A DNA stretch of 64,000 nt, taken from positions 1-64,000 of the IMG/VR virus record IMGVR_UViG_3300025646_005060; one strand, written 5' to 3'. Both the position numbers and the translations under genes were made by a program. The DNA comes from a virus. Shown piece by piece: positions 47,201 through 55,801 of this stretch (the first letter of the stretch is position 1; each line of letters opens with the position of its first letter). The notes below the pieces were generated by a model. It was not told where the DNA came from and did not search any database. It saw only the letters and a list, made by a program, of their open reading frames with translations.

Positions 47201-48652
47201 TTGTGGTACACACACTCCAGTAGAAGTATCACAACAATCAATGATAGGATCTGTAATAACACAGTCAGATTTGTTTTGAACAATTGTTCTTGGATCTAAA
47301 CACTGGGATTGTGGAATTGTAGTTACACCATAGGTATCGTCACAGCAATACACAAATGGATCTATTTCTGATTGATCACACTCGTCACATGAATTGATAC
47401 TTGAGCCTTTTAGGGTAATACATTGACTTTGTAGAATATTTGGAGTGCAAATATTTACAAAAACTCCACTTGGATCTGGTGAACAACATGTCACGATTGG
47501 ATCTGGTTCGGGTCCATTTGGATTATATGGAGGATCGTTTGGATTTGTAACACAGTTGAAATATTCAGAATCCCAGTTTACCTGATCCTCTCCATTTCCC
47601 AATATGCCGAAGTTGGCATACCAAAGACCATTGATGTAGAGCATATTGATTACATCAATATTATCTGTAAAACAAGGAGGGTATGTCAAAGGCCATGATA
47701 TGTTATGCCTTCCGTCTCCAAGTGTATATCCAGCAGCAAGATCTTCCGTTGTAACAAATCTTGTAAGAATACGAATATCAGAAGTTGCTGGATCATATCC
47801 ACTTGTGACTCCTGGTGGAATGATAAGTGTCAGAGACTTGGCAAACTCTGAATTTGGAGGGTTCTCAATGTTAATGACTTGGGCAATTGTTGTTCTGCCT
47901 TCGCCTGGTTGACCAGATGCCAATTGATCTGTATACGAATTGAGAATGAAAGTGTTTGCTTCTTCCCAGTCAATATTCCAGACAAAATATTGAGATTCTG
48001 TTGAATTTCCATCTAATCTATAGAAGTCTTTTCTTTCTGGTCTTACAAATTGAACTCGTTCACCATAGTTTACGATCTGAGCATCTACGGTTCGTTTGAC
48101 GACATCATAATATGTACCAGTGAGTCCACGGAATTGAGTGGAAGACGAAGCAACCACAAGTTGTCCAGTGGATCCACCAGAGAGTCCAAGATATGGAAGA
48201 CCAGTAAGACTGTATGTAATTCCAATCAGTCCTGAATTTGCCTGACTATTGATTGTGATGAATTTCAGATCATCGTTCTGAGAACCAGTAGTGAATCCAC
48301 GGAATCTTACAGTATGTTGAAGGTTGCCATCACCGATGTCATTGATCGTGACTCCCTCTACAAGTGATAACTGAGTTCCGAGAGAATTCGCATCGGCAAA
48401 GATGTAGTAATTTCCATCCTCTCCTTTTATTTCTGGAGAGAATTGTGAACTGCCATCTGAATATTCGGTTTTGATTTCACCATTGATGAGAGTCATTCCA
48501 ACAATGCCAGGACCAGTTTCGCCAGTGTTTCCCGTATTGCCAAGTAATCCATCATTTCCAGTTGGACCAGTAGGACCAGTGGATCCAGTTGGTCCAGTGA
48601 TTCCTACAATTACTCTGTTGATATAAGGACTACTTCCATATGGATTTGGCAT
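44294..48652 (-). CDS. Cys-rich fibre-like protein: collagen segment + GxCC repeats + DUF1566/Lcl-like domain
   Basis: GITGPTGST..., GACC repeats, EFAGGIVVG, WFIPSIDEL, WVWSST and LRPIRII. Confidence 0.75.
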   Translation of the reverse strand: MPNPYGSSPYINRVIVGITGPTGSTGPTGPTGNDGLLGNTGNTGETGPGIVGMTLINGEIKTEYSDGSSQFSPEIKGEDGNYYIFADANSLGTQLSLVEGVTINDIGDGNLQHTVRFRGFTTGSQNDDLKFITINSQANSGLIGITYSLTGLPYLGLSGGSTGQLVVASSSTQFRGLTGTYYDVVKRTVDAQIVNYGERVQFVRPERKDFYRLDGNSTESQYFVWNIDWEEANTFILNSYTDQLASGQPGEGRTTIAQVINIENPPNSEFAKSLTLIIPPGVTSGYDPATSDIRILTRFVTTEDLAAGYTLGDGRHNISWPLTYPPCFTDNIDVINMLYINGLWYANFGILGNGEDQVNWDSEYFNCVTNPNDPPYNPNGPEPDPIVTCCSPDPSGVFVNICTPNILQSQCITLKGSSINSCDECDQSEIDPFVYCCDDTYGVTTIPQSQCLDPRTIVQNKSDCVITDPIIDCCDTSTGVCVPQIKASQCSGQSELTCEDCQENWNSVPGLCCRACLDGGSFEGMQGNCTDGVFIEGGTLGSPLCSTDQDASLGVCCYLDSENVVQKWQVPLKLCDCSELVEDINSRFIWTEITDCRKNVNSINCNAAFGNRGACCNGTGVCTENLQQSQCTGYWQGLGSVCSYSDGSTTVDICTTGTGGCCNNDDGTCTDQTYGNCNGSLKKFYGCGVVCNENVYTCTDETIDALLPNICKSNDDVGPWYVNRYGNFENPEVPYGSQLPLTYGSEFAGGIVVGVFNPNGATCFGYPYHGAKQFEIFSNTVNGLESAFPNVNAQELKAAALLGGKVTSTTSVFFPNPNPNANGYIDNVYPEITAVNSTNGASCEIYNSSFDPQGYGFPVVAPYSQNQDQDKYIIIVSKYPVMFRQKVFMRQNYDTDTIDADINSAGTKRFGKQRSQIDLITKNPATVMTADYITGIIPYDNVGWRNDYYNFISLTDDSINTLFKYNYVKTFIWGHGATASFAPYLPDNLNVAFDAVSPDNCTSTTPILASFGNYLYSDGAFGNQTTKYDAGINNTFISCPSGESILCTEDCESSPLGRLISNGFKYLRASGRWSLNNGLMNSCRLGAGFAIESFLGPIASGGSNTVTTSSPYSSYYSNLYQQYGPNDGGDPQTYYDYPLTNEISATIDQSQTIMKTCLAEGLSVFNNYYYPVDKLGACYPGNYKTRRNFSGDSQTLVQGGFTYSLPLGPQFNLQGNDPDGTYQDWYGNISTQVEGATGFYQVSRWFIPSIDELAYIAYKTRNAPPGETPLNTRITETGGLAIGAASGGGSNSWVWSSTAAFGAVPFSTIIDENQYLQDGTGAPITDETQNPSNSNGVTDRMTKAWAINMNPNSLATNVKIAKKDNFTFEAELRPIRIIRCDEQFYKNADPDLIRNATWFVPRFSDALITSGTTSTKSGTLPNKINTQELYNNSPDPESDIYKNYNPTDNPML

Positions 48653-48653
48653 A

Positions 48654-49769
48654 TTACATTCTCAATCTTGTTTCAATGGCAGCAATTCTGCTCTCAAAAT
48701 TATTTAGGGTTGATTCTACATTCACTTCGCTAGTACCAACATACATTTCGGTTGCCGTAATGCTGTTGATTGAAGCATTGGTAGGAACCGAAACTCTGGT
48801 TCCAGTTGGACTGACTTTGAGTCCTACCTTAATTGTCTGTGGAACCGTGATTGATGCTCCACTCTTTCCTGTAATTCTGACAGGTTGAGTCAATGATACG
48901 ATTGGAGTGTTTACTGCGTAAATTGAAGTAGCAGTAATCGTACTCTTTGTATTTCCACTCGTTGTCGTGAAAGAAGCAAGTTTATTAGTTGATGCGAGAG
49001 ATGTATTTGGTGCTCTGAACACATAAACATATTTGTTTGCGTAGTCAACAGAAACAACAGTTCCGTCGTAGGTTGAAGTTGTTTGAGATACTTTATTATT
49101 TGGAGCAATTGCTCCAGAAACAGAATCAAGAGTCAGTCTTTCAACATATCCATATTGTGTTCCGTACTTCGCATAGAAATCTGGATAATCCCCAATTGGA
49201 AGTTCATGCGAAACAGAAGCATCAACATATCCCTCGTCAAATGTTCCAGAACCGATCAAGAATGTAAAGTTTCCAACTGAGTCGTCGGCAAACGATGCTT
49301 CAATGTCACCACCGATCTTGTATCCCAAGTAATTGATCACAACACCAGTGAATGCTCCGTGTGGTGCTACTTGATATACGGGTTTGACAATATGATCAAG
49401 ATCTGTTGGAGCAAGATTTTGAAGAACACCAGCAGTCTCTCCACTGAGGAAGTAAATGTCGTTTCCACCCGATCCGCCACCAGAACCCATATCGGCAAAT
49501 TTGGTAGAATCAAGATTTACAGATCCGTAAATGACTACGCCGAATGTAGATGATGTGGCACTTTCAATCACTCCAAAAACTTCTGAAGTATCGGCAGCAT
49601 TTGCGATTGCGGCAGTATATCCAGATGTCGCAATATCGTAACGAATTACATCTCCAAGTGTCAGTCCACTGACAAATGGAATACTGACGAAGAGTCGTGA
49701 ACCACCTTGTGAGACACTTATGGTGTTGAGTGATGCTTGGATATTTGAACTGCTGCTACAACTTGGCAT
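48654..49769 (-). CDS. Putative baseplate-associated structural protein
   Basis: S/T/G-rich; shares the A.A....EV.GV...YFL....G.....P....KPV domain with the neighbouring gene; C-terminal coiled coil. Confidence 0.6.
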   Translation of the reverse strand: MPSCSSSSNIQASLNTISVSQGGSRLFVSIPFVSGLTLGDVIRYDIATSGYTAAIANAADTSEVFGVIESATSSTFGVVIYGSVNLDSTKFADMGSGGGSGGNDIYFLSGETAGVLQNLAPTDLDHIVKPVYQVAPHGAFTGVVINYLGYKIGGDIEASFADDSVGNFTFLIGSGTFDEGYVDASVSHELPIGDYPDFYAKYGTQYGYVERLTLDSVSGAIAPNNKVSQTTSTYDGTVVSVDYANKYVYVFRAPNTSLASTNKLASFTTTSGNTKSTITATSIYAVNTPIVSLTQPVRITGKSGASITVPQTIKVGLKVSPTGTRVSVPTNASINSITATEMYVGTSEVNVESTLNNFESRIAAIETRLRM

Positions 49770-49780
49770 GGGTTACTCTC

Positions 49781-52126
49781 TTAGATTGGATAACTGGCAT
49801 CTGCTACGATATGACAATTCAATACATCATAGGGAACACTACCCGACGAAATATTTATTTTAACCGAGGTTTCATCTGACGAAGTATTCACTGTTGGAGT
49901 TCCAAGTTTAGAAACTCTGTTTTGACTGGCATATCCAATAGTTCCACTTGTATTCTTGAGATCTCTTCCTGCGGTGTAGTTGTAGACTTCATTGACAACA
50001 CCAGTAAGTGGAGAATAAAGAGCAACCGTGGGTTCGCTTCTCATTCGCGTTGGAAGTTGGAAAACACCAAATGGTGCGGTTGGTAATTGACTAAATCCAA
50101 AAGTATTCAATGATGGATTTGTGGAAGACAACATGGTCTTTGATCCAATCAATTGATTTTCCTTATAGGTTGAGAAGTAGAATCTCTGTGCTTTTCTGAG
50201 TTTATCGGGATACTTCTCAAACTGATGTGGTGGGTTTGCGTATGTTCCGACATAGACACACATAGAAGCAAAACTGACATACAATCCAGTTCCCGTGGCA
50301 ACCGAAGAATCAAACGCAGTCTCTACTAAAGGAATTAGATCCAAACCAATTTCAACATAATCGTCTGTGTATGATGATGCTGGAAGAGAGTCAACATCGT
50401 AATTTATTACATGCTTATTCCATGAAGTCTGGAGTGAGATTGTTCCAATCGTAGTCTTGCTTACTTGCGATCCACCAGAGTAACGAGCGAAATATACATT
50501 CGCGGTATATGATGGAAGACTGCACTTGGCATAGAAACTGACGGTGATTGAAGATCCGTTGAATGTCTCAATATCTTCAATGACATGACCTACTGAATAC
50601 ACACCACCCGCAGGATCTGCTCCACCAGGATCGGCAACACACTTGAGATCTATGTAATATTCTGGATTTCCTTCAACATCAGTGCTTGTGACTGCGAAAG
50701 ATTGTCTCTGAATGTATTGAGCACTTCCAGCAGCAATTCCAGATTGACGACGAATCCAGTTATCGGCAAAGTAGATATCACCAGAGGTGGAGTATTGTGA
50801 CTTGCCAGTATTTCTTTGCCATACAGAGAAGTCACCATTGAACGCATTGTTCAGCAATCCACTACTGAAAGTTGTGGCAGAACTCGTTGAACGTAGACTG
50901 TTGGTTATCTCTAGTTGTTCTGTTGGTTTTGGATTGACATACCAATAAGTAGGTGAAGAATCAAAGACAAAACCAAGTTGATATGAAACCCTGTCTATTG
51001 TGCTATATAGTGGTTGTGGAACCATCTGCTGAGTGATGCCAGAAGCATTAACCTCATATGTAAACCCATTAAGATTCCAGGATCCTCTCTTTTCTCCAGT
51101 ATATTGAGAAATACTTTCTGGAATTATAGTACTTGTTCCCTTGATGATAATCTGATAAAGATTTTCATTTGAGGTCGGAGTATCTGGAGTCACAGATTCA
51201 ATCATACCGACAATGAAATTTTCTTCATGGGCATAGTCCTGAATGGCAGATGTATCGTCTGTGTTTATATCATAAGCATAGAATTTACTTCCAGACAAGA
51301 ACCATCCATCTATAGCAGTTCTTCCTGTATTTGTCAGAACCTGATTGAAGAATGTATTTCCTGCCAGAATTCCAGGAGCATATGATATGAAATTTCCTGC
51401 CGAGAATCCATGATCGCTTGGATTTGTTGGATTGTTTGATATGGCAACATAAACACGATTTGCTCCAGATTCACCACCACCAGCAACTGACGAGTTTAAG
51501 TAATTTCCACGATATGGAACAATGACTCCTGAAGTTTCACTCAAACCAAGAATTACTGGTTTGGAAACTTGTCCAAGAGTAGAAGGTTCAGTGACTGTAA
51601 TCTGTCCGTGATTGCTTGGATCTAGGAAGTAAACACATCCTGGAGATAAGGTTCCACCAGCAACATCAGAAAAGTCTCCATCAATCTTTCCAGAGATCGT
51701 CACGATTGAGTATGAATCCTCAATGGAAGAAAGAACACCTACCACTTCTGCGGCATCTGGGTCATTGGCAATTGCGAATGTATATCCATCTGTGGTGATT
51801 CTGACCACCGTGCCGAAAGTAAATCCAGAAGTACCTGTGGTAATTCCTGAAATTCTATAGGAAAGGTTTGGAAGATTTACATTTCCACTGAAGACGATAT
51901 CTCCAGCAAAAGTCAATCCAGTTGCGATTGTGCCAGATGTTCCACCGATACTAAGAGTGACAAGTCCGCTTGTGGCATTTAATGACGCAAGAATACCATC
52001 ACCACCAGTAACACTAGATACTTGTGCTAGGTTTAACTTGGAAATGATTTCATCATTTTCTTTTATGAACCAATCATAAAATGTTGAATTTCCAGTTAAT
52101 TGTGAAATTGAATCATTGAACGCCAT
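49781..52126 (-). CDS. Putative baseplate/fibre structural protein with CBM-like C-terminal region
   Basis: TFYDW..K.N N-terminus; NGDFSVWQR, ADNW, TVSFYAK, QRFY and MRSEPT motifs of phage fibre domains. Confidence 0.65.
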   Translation of the reverse strand: MAFNDSISQLTGNSTFYDWFIKENDEIISKLNLAQVSSVTGGDGILASLNATSGLVTLSIGGTSGTIATGLTFAGDIVFSGNVNLPNLSYRISGITTGTSGFTFGTVVRITTDGYTFAIANDPDAAEVVGVLSSIEDSYSIVTISGKIDGDFSDVAGGTLSPGCVYFLDPSNHGQITVTEPSTLGQVSKPVILGLSETSGVIVPYRGNYLNSSVAGGGESGANRVYVAISNNPTNPSDHGFSAGNFISYAPGILAGNTFFNQVLTNTGRTAIDGWFLSGSKFYAYDINTDDTSAIQDYAHEENFIVGMIESVTPDTPTSNENLYQIIIKGTSTIIPESISQYTGEKRGSWNLNGFTYEVNASGITQQMVPQPLYSTIDRVSYQLGFVFDSSPTYWYVNPKPTEQLEITNSLRSTSSATTFSSGLLNNAFNGDFSVWQRNTGKSQYSTSGDIYFADNWIRRQSGIAAGSAQYIQRQSFAVTSTDVEGNPEYYIDLKCVADPGGADPAGGVYSVGHVIEDIETFNGSSITVSFYAKCSLPSYTANVYFARYSGGSQVSKTTIGTISLQTSWNKHVINYDVDSLPASSYTDDYVEIGLDLIPLVETAFDSSVATGTGLYVSFASMCVYVGTYANPPHQFEKYPDKLRKAQRFYFSTYKENQLIGSKTMLSSTNPSLNTFGFSQLPTAPFGVFQLPTRMRSEPTVALYSPLTGVVNEVYNYTAGRDLKNTSGTIGYASQNRVSKLGTPTVNTSSDETSVKINISSGSVPYDVLNCHIVADASYPI

Positions 52127-52137
52127 TTATAATCCTC

Positions 52138-52887
52138 TTATTGTGCGGTTAAATCTGTTGCTGGGACTGTTATTGATTGCCCATCTATGAATGTGGCAGT
52201 TCCATTCGAATTATATTGTAGAAGTGGCAGGAATGTTGTACTATATGTGCCAGTAATTCTTACTTGTACTTCGGTGAATGACATCTTAAAGCGTGAAGCA
52301 CCACATGTATTTTCAGTCACTGTGTTTCCCTGTGAATTGTCTCTGAGTTCATCGTCTTGAATAGTAGGCGCATTTTCATCTGAATTTGTACAATCTCCTG
52401 CCGCACAGCACGATACGACTTGAGGAAGAACTTCAAATCCAATAATGGCATTTGCGTTTACCTGCTGTGCTGTAAATTCTTCTTGAGATGTAAATGCCTG
52501 GTCATTGTAAATCCAGAAACTCAACTTGCTAGTAAAATCGGTCCAAAGATACCACCCCTCGTTTACTGTAATATTGATGGTCAATGTGCTTCCGCTAAAA
52601 GATATTGGAGCATTGATTGTGATATAATTTGGATCAAGAGGAATTGCTCCCTCCCAGAAAGGAATATTAAACCCCTCTCTCATCCAATTGGCATTCATTC
52701 TTTGAGTAAGACTTTGATTGATAAAAAATAATTCCTGAATTTCGTTCAATTCAGATGCCTGAAGAGCATATCCAGGATTAAATGGAAGCAAGTAAAAATT
52801 CTCAGATGGATCTAAATTTAATTTAGTCTGATATCTGCTATTGTAAGGAGCAATTGATAAAGGTAGAGTTCCAAACGGTGATGGCAT
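52138..52887 (-). CDS. DUF4815/VrlC-like structural protein (short)
   Basis: APY...FNPGYALQASELNEIQ and GASRFK. Confidence 0.65.
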   Translation of the reverse strand: MPSPFGTLPLSIAPYNSRYQTKLNLDPSENFYLLPFNPGYALQASELNEIQELFFINQSLTQRMNANWMREGFNIPFWEGAIPLDPNYITINAPISFSGSTLTINITVNEGWYLWTDFTSKLSFWIYNDQAFTSQEEFTAQQVNANAIIGFEVLPQVVSCCAAGDCTNSDENAPTIQDDELRDNSQGNTVTENTCGASRFKMSFTEVQVRITGTYSTTFLPLLQYNSNGTATFIDGQSITVPATDLTAQ

Positions 52888-52890
52888 TTA

Positions 52891-54627
52891 TTACATTCCT
52901 TTTACCATATTTATACGAATAATTACAGAATCAATATCGGATATGGGTAGATTTGTAGTTAGTTTTGTAGTTGACAATACAGAACCAGTGTATTGTTGAA
53001 ATACTGGTTTTGAAACAATCGTAGTGATATTGGCATCCTTTGAGGTTGAAGTCAATTCTCCATCAACCATATCATCAGCATCAGAATATAAAATATTCTT
53101 CAACTCCACAAGTTCTGTTGTGGCAGAAGTTGCCGAAACTCCTCCGACCTTACCATCGGTTATGGTCTTGTCAGTGGAACCCTTGGTATATGTTATTATA
53201 TACTTTTCGTCTGTTTCTGGAAGTCCACCTCTGGTGTACTGTATGGTTGCCTTTACTGTGGTTCTAAAGATATAATCAAGTTTCTTGTTCAGATCAGATC
53301 CAGTAGTGACTGAAGTGGAAGTTGAGATTCCCGTTGGATTCTCTACAAGTCCGAAGAAATTAACACTTTCTGGTAATAGAATTCCAGCACTCTCTATATC
53401 TTGCTTTTTCAAACGAGCATCAATCATTACATGCTGAGATCCGAGAACATTCACAGGATCAAATCCGAGTCCGTCTATTGTATCAAGATTTACATCAATT
53501 GCCGCCACCAGAACACTTTCAATCCAAGAAGCGCCACTTAATATTCCATTTGCGAGAGAAACTGTAATGTCTCTGTATCCAGATCCTACAGAAATTATCT
53601 CAATTCCATCTACGACATAATTATTTTCAAGAATTGAGGTCAGAAGACGAATTCTTCCACCAGAACCAGTATTGCTGGTGATCGTCAATTCAGGATTTGC
53701 GGTGGTAACAGTGAGTTGCTTTTTGGTAAAGGCACTCAGATCAATTGCCACAGATACGATAGATCCTTCTTCTAGATTGTCGTTAATATTGCACTGATAC
53801 AAATACCAATATGGAGAAGAAGTGGTCAACTGATTGTTTGCTATTAAATTGCCAATTTCAGTAAACTTATCATTGATTGTAATTGAAGTTGGAATGGTAT
53901 CTCCATCTTCATAGAAAACAGAAACAAAGTTTTCATTGTTTCTCATTAAGTAATAGCAATCGGAGCATGTGATATTTTCTGCCGTTGTGAAAAGATCTCC
54001 AATTTGGTATTCTATGGTATCTTCGTCGTTGTCTGTGTTTAGTGCTTTTTTCGCATATATCGCGCAATTGCCAGTGAGAGTGGTGAAACCAACACCGCAA
54101 CGATCTTGTGCTTGTTGAAGTTGTGTCTTTTGATCTCCACTGTCAAATGTATCCAAGGATACCACAGGAATCCACTGTGCGGATACAAATCTTTCCAATC
54201 CAGATGTCACTCTGTACATCGGACGCCATGCGTATCCATCGGAGTAGCGAACAATGCCAGCAGTGTGTGTTGGTCGTATAGTAGAGACTATATCCTGTAC
54301 ATCTTTTCTATTTTTTGCGTTATTGGAAACGCAAAGATAAACATATCCGTTCTCGGAATTGTATGCATAAAAATTATCAGTATTGACCGAAACCGCAGAC
54401 CATGGTCTGTAATAGTTTGATCGTGACCAACGAACGTTTGGAATAACTGCCGAAAGACTGTTTTGACCAACTCTTACTGAAAAATCAGATTGTCTCCATA
54501 CATCAATTCCACTCTGAGTAGAGTTTGAAGAAGTAGATGCTTCATCTGAACCAACAAAGACAAATAATTGACTTTTGGTTCCAGCATCTGCTATAAATTT
54601 TTTAACATTATTGCTTTTTATACTCAT
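52891..54627 (-). CDS. gp8: Baseplate wedge protein gp8-like
   Basis: VRW..., VYLCVSNN, ST.RPTH, DGYAWR.MY, WIPV and GSGY. Confidence 0.8.
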   Translation of the reverse strand: MSIKSNNVKKFIADAGTKSQLFVFVGSDEASTSSNSTQSGIDVWRQSDFSVRVGQNSLSAVIPNVRWSRSNYYRPWSAVSVNTDNFYAYNSENGYVYLCVSNNAKNRKDVQDIVSTIRPTHTAGIVRYSDGYAWRPMYRVTSGLERFVSAQWIPVVSLDTFDSGDQKTQLQQAQDRCGVGFTTLTGNCAIYAKKALNTDNDEDTIEYQIGDLFTTAENITCSDCYYLMRNNENFVSVFYEDGDTIPTSITINDKFTEIGNLIANNQLTTSSPYWYLYQCNINDNLEEGSIVSVAIDLSAFTKKQLTVTTANPELTITSNTGSGGRIRLLTSILENNYVVDGIEIISVGSGYRDITVSLANGILSGASWIESVLVAAIDVNLDTIDGLGFDPVNVLGSQHVMIDARLKKQDIESAGILLPESVNFFGLVENPTGISTSTSVTTGSDLNKKLDYIFRTTVKATIQYTRGGLPETDEKYIITYTKGSTDKTITDGKVGGVSATSATTELVELKNILYSDADDMVDGELTSTSKDANITTIVSKPVFQQYTGSVLSTTKLTTNLPISDIDSVIIRINMVKGM

Positions 54628-54637
54628 TTGTAGTCTC

Positions 54638-55801
54638 TTATGGTGGCAATATTATTGTACATTCGGATCCACTGTTTGGAGATCCCAACTCTGCGGGATA
54701 ACACATTTCAATTAAAGTACTAATATTTATGTCAAACAATGTATTTGTGGTATATTGTCCATTCCAATTTGGGAATAGATGAGTAGGACCAGAAAATCCA
54801 GTATTACCGTTTACGCAATATGCCTGATAATTCAATCCGATAAAAGTAAACCCTTGCGCTGCTGCTTCAGCAGTCCACCCATCGGCAATGTAAAGATTGC
54901 TGGTAGATGAAGAATAATCGTTTCCTATGACATATCCAGAATAATTTCTCAGTATGGGAAGTTCACATACTGTTGGATTATCTTCGTCAAACAATGGTCC
55001 TTGGTAATCCGAAAGAAGATGCTCATATACGATCTTAAGACCAGCAGGATGCATTATGTCTTTATAGATTTGCTTATATGAATTTACATCCACTCCAGTC
55101 TTGATGAGATATGACCAATCCTGAATCCAGTTTCCATCCTGCATTCTGGATCCATTCAAGTGACTTCCACTCAAATCATTGGTGATGTCGTAATCTCCAG
55201 TTCTACCTATTGGAAATGAATAGACCGAATCTGGAAAGCGACCACCGTTCAGACGTAAAATGTTTTTCTTTGGAACATCAATTCCTATATTTTCCTCAGA
55301 TACACCAAATAATTTTATGAAAAAGTAACGAATTGCGTCTTCTGTTGTTTTCTTCTGATGAATTGCTCTTCGTATTCCGTTGAGAAACTTTCTAAGATTT
55401 TCTTCGGAAACAGCACCACCATTAGATTTCAGTGCCTCTGGAACGAATCCATTGGCATAAGTATCTGCCAGTCTCTCTAAAAACTGACTTCTGGTTCTGT
55501 CTATGTCAATCAGATCTAAAAAGTCTTGACTCAATTCATATTGAGCACCGCTTTCATTGTCACAGTACAACCAGTCATAATACTTCTGTAGAAAGTCAAA
55601 TACGTTGACACCAGACAATCCATCTTCTTCTCTTGATTTCTTTTCCTGAACGATCCAAAGAGGTATTTGACTTGTTATGTCATAATTTGTAGGACAAGAT
55701 CTTCCAAATAACAAAGAAGTCAATTCATCAATAGTAGTGCTTAACTCTGCTAATTGATTTCTTGGTGTTTCTGTTTGAGTGTTGACTACGGAAGGTATCA
55801 T
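54638..55801 (-). CDS. Baseplate wedge protein gp7-like (short)
   Basis: QIP.W, FLQKYYDWL, DID, QD..W.QDWSY and HPAG motifs; lies between gp6 and gp8. Confidence 0.7.
   Translation of the reverse strand: MIPSVVNTQTETPRNQLAELSTTIDELTSLLFGRSCPTNYDITSQIPLWIVQEKKSREEDGLSGVNVFDFLQKYYDWLYCDNESGAQYELSQDFLDLIDIDRTRSQFLERLADTYANGFVPEALKSNGGAVSEENLRKFLNGIRRAIHQKKTTEDAIRYFFIKLFGVSEENIGIDVPKKNILRLNGGRFPDSVYSFPIGRTGDYDITNDLSGSHLNGSRMQDGNWIQDWSYLIKTGVDVNSYKQIYKDIMHPAGLKIVYEHLLSDYQGPLFDEDNPTVCELPILRNYSGYVIGNDYSSSTSNLYIADGWTAEAAAQGFTFIGLNYQAYCVNGNTGFSGPTHLFPNWNGQYTTNTLFDINISTLIEMCYPAELGSPNSGSECTIILPP

Noticed and set aside
36592-48652. Complete diversity-generating retroelement
   Set aside because: Lcl-like targets are present, but no reverse transcriptase or adenine-variant repeat pair was seen in the window
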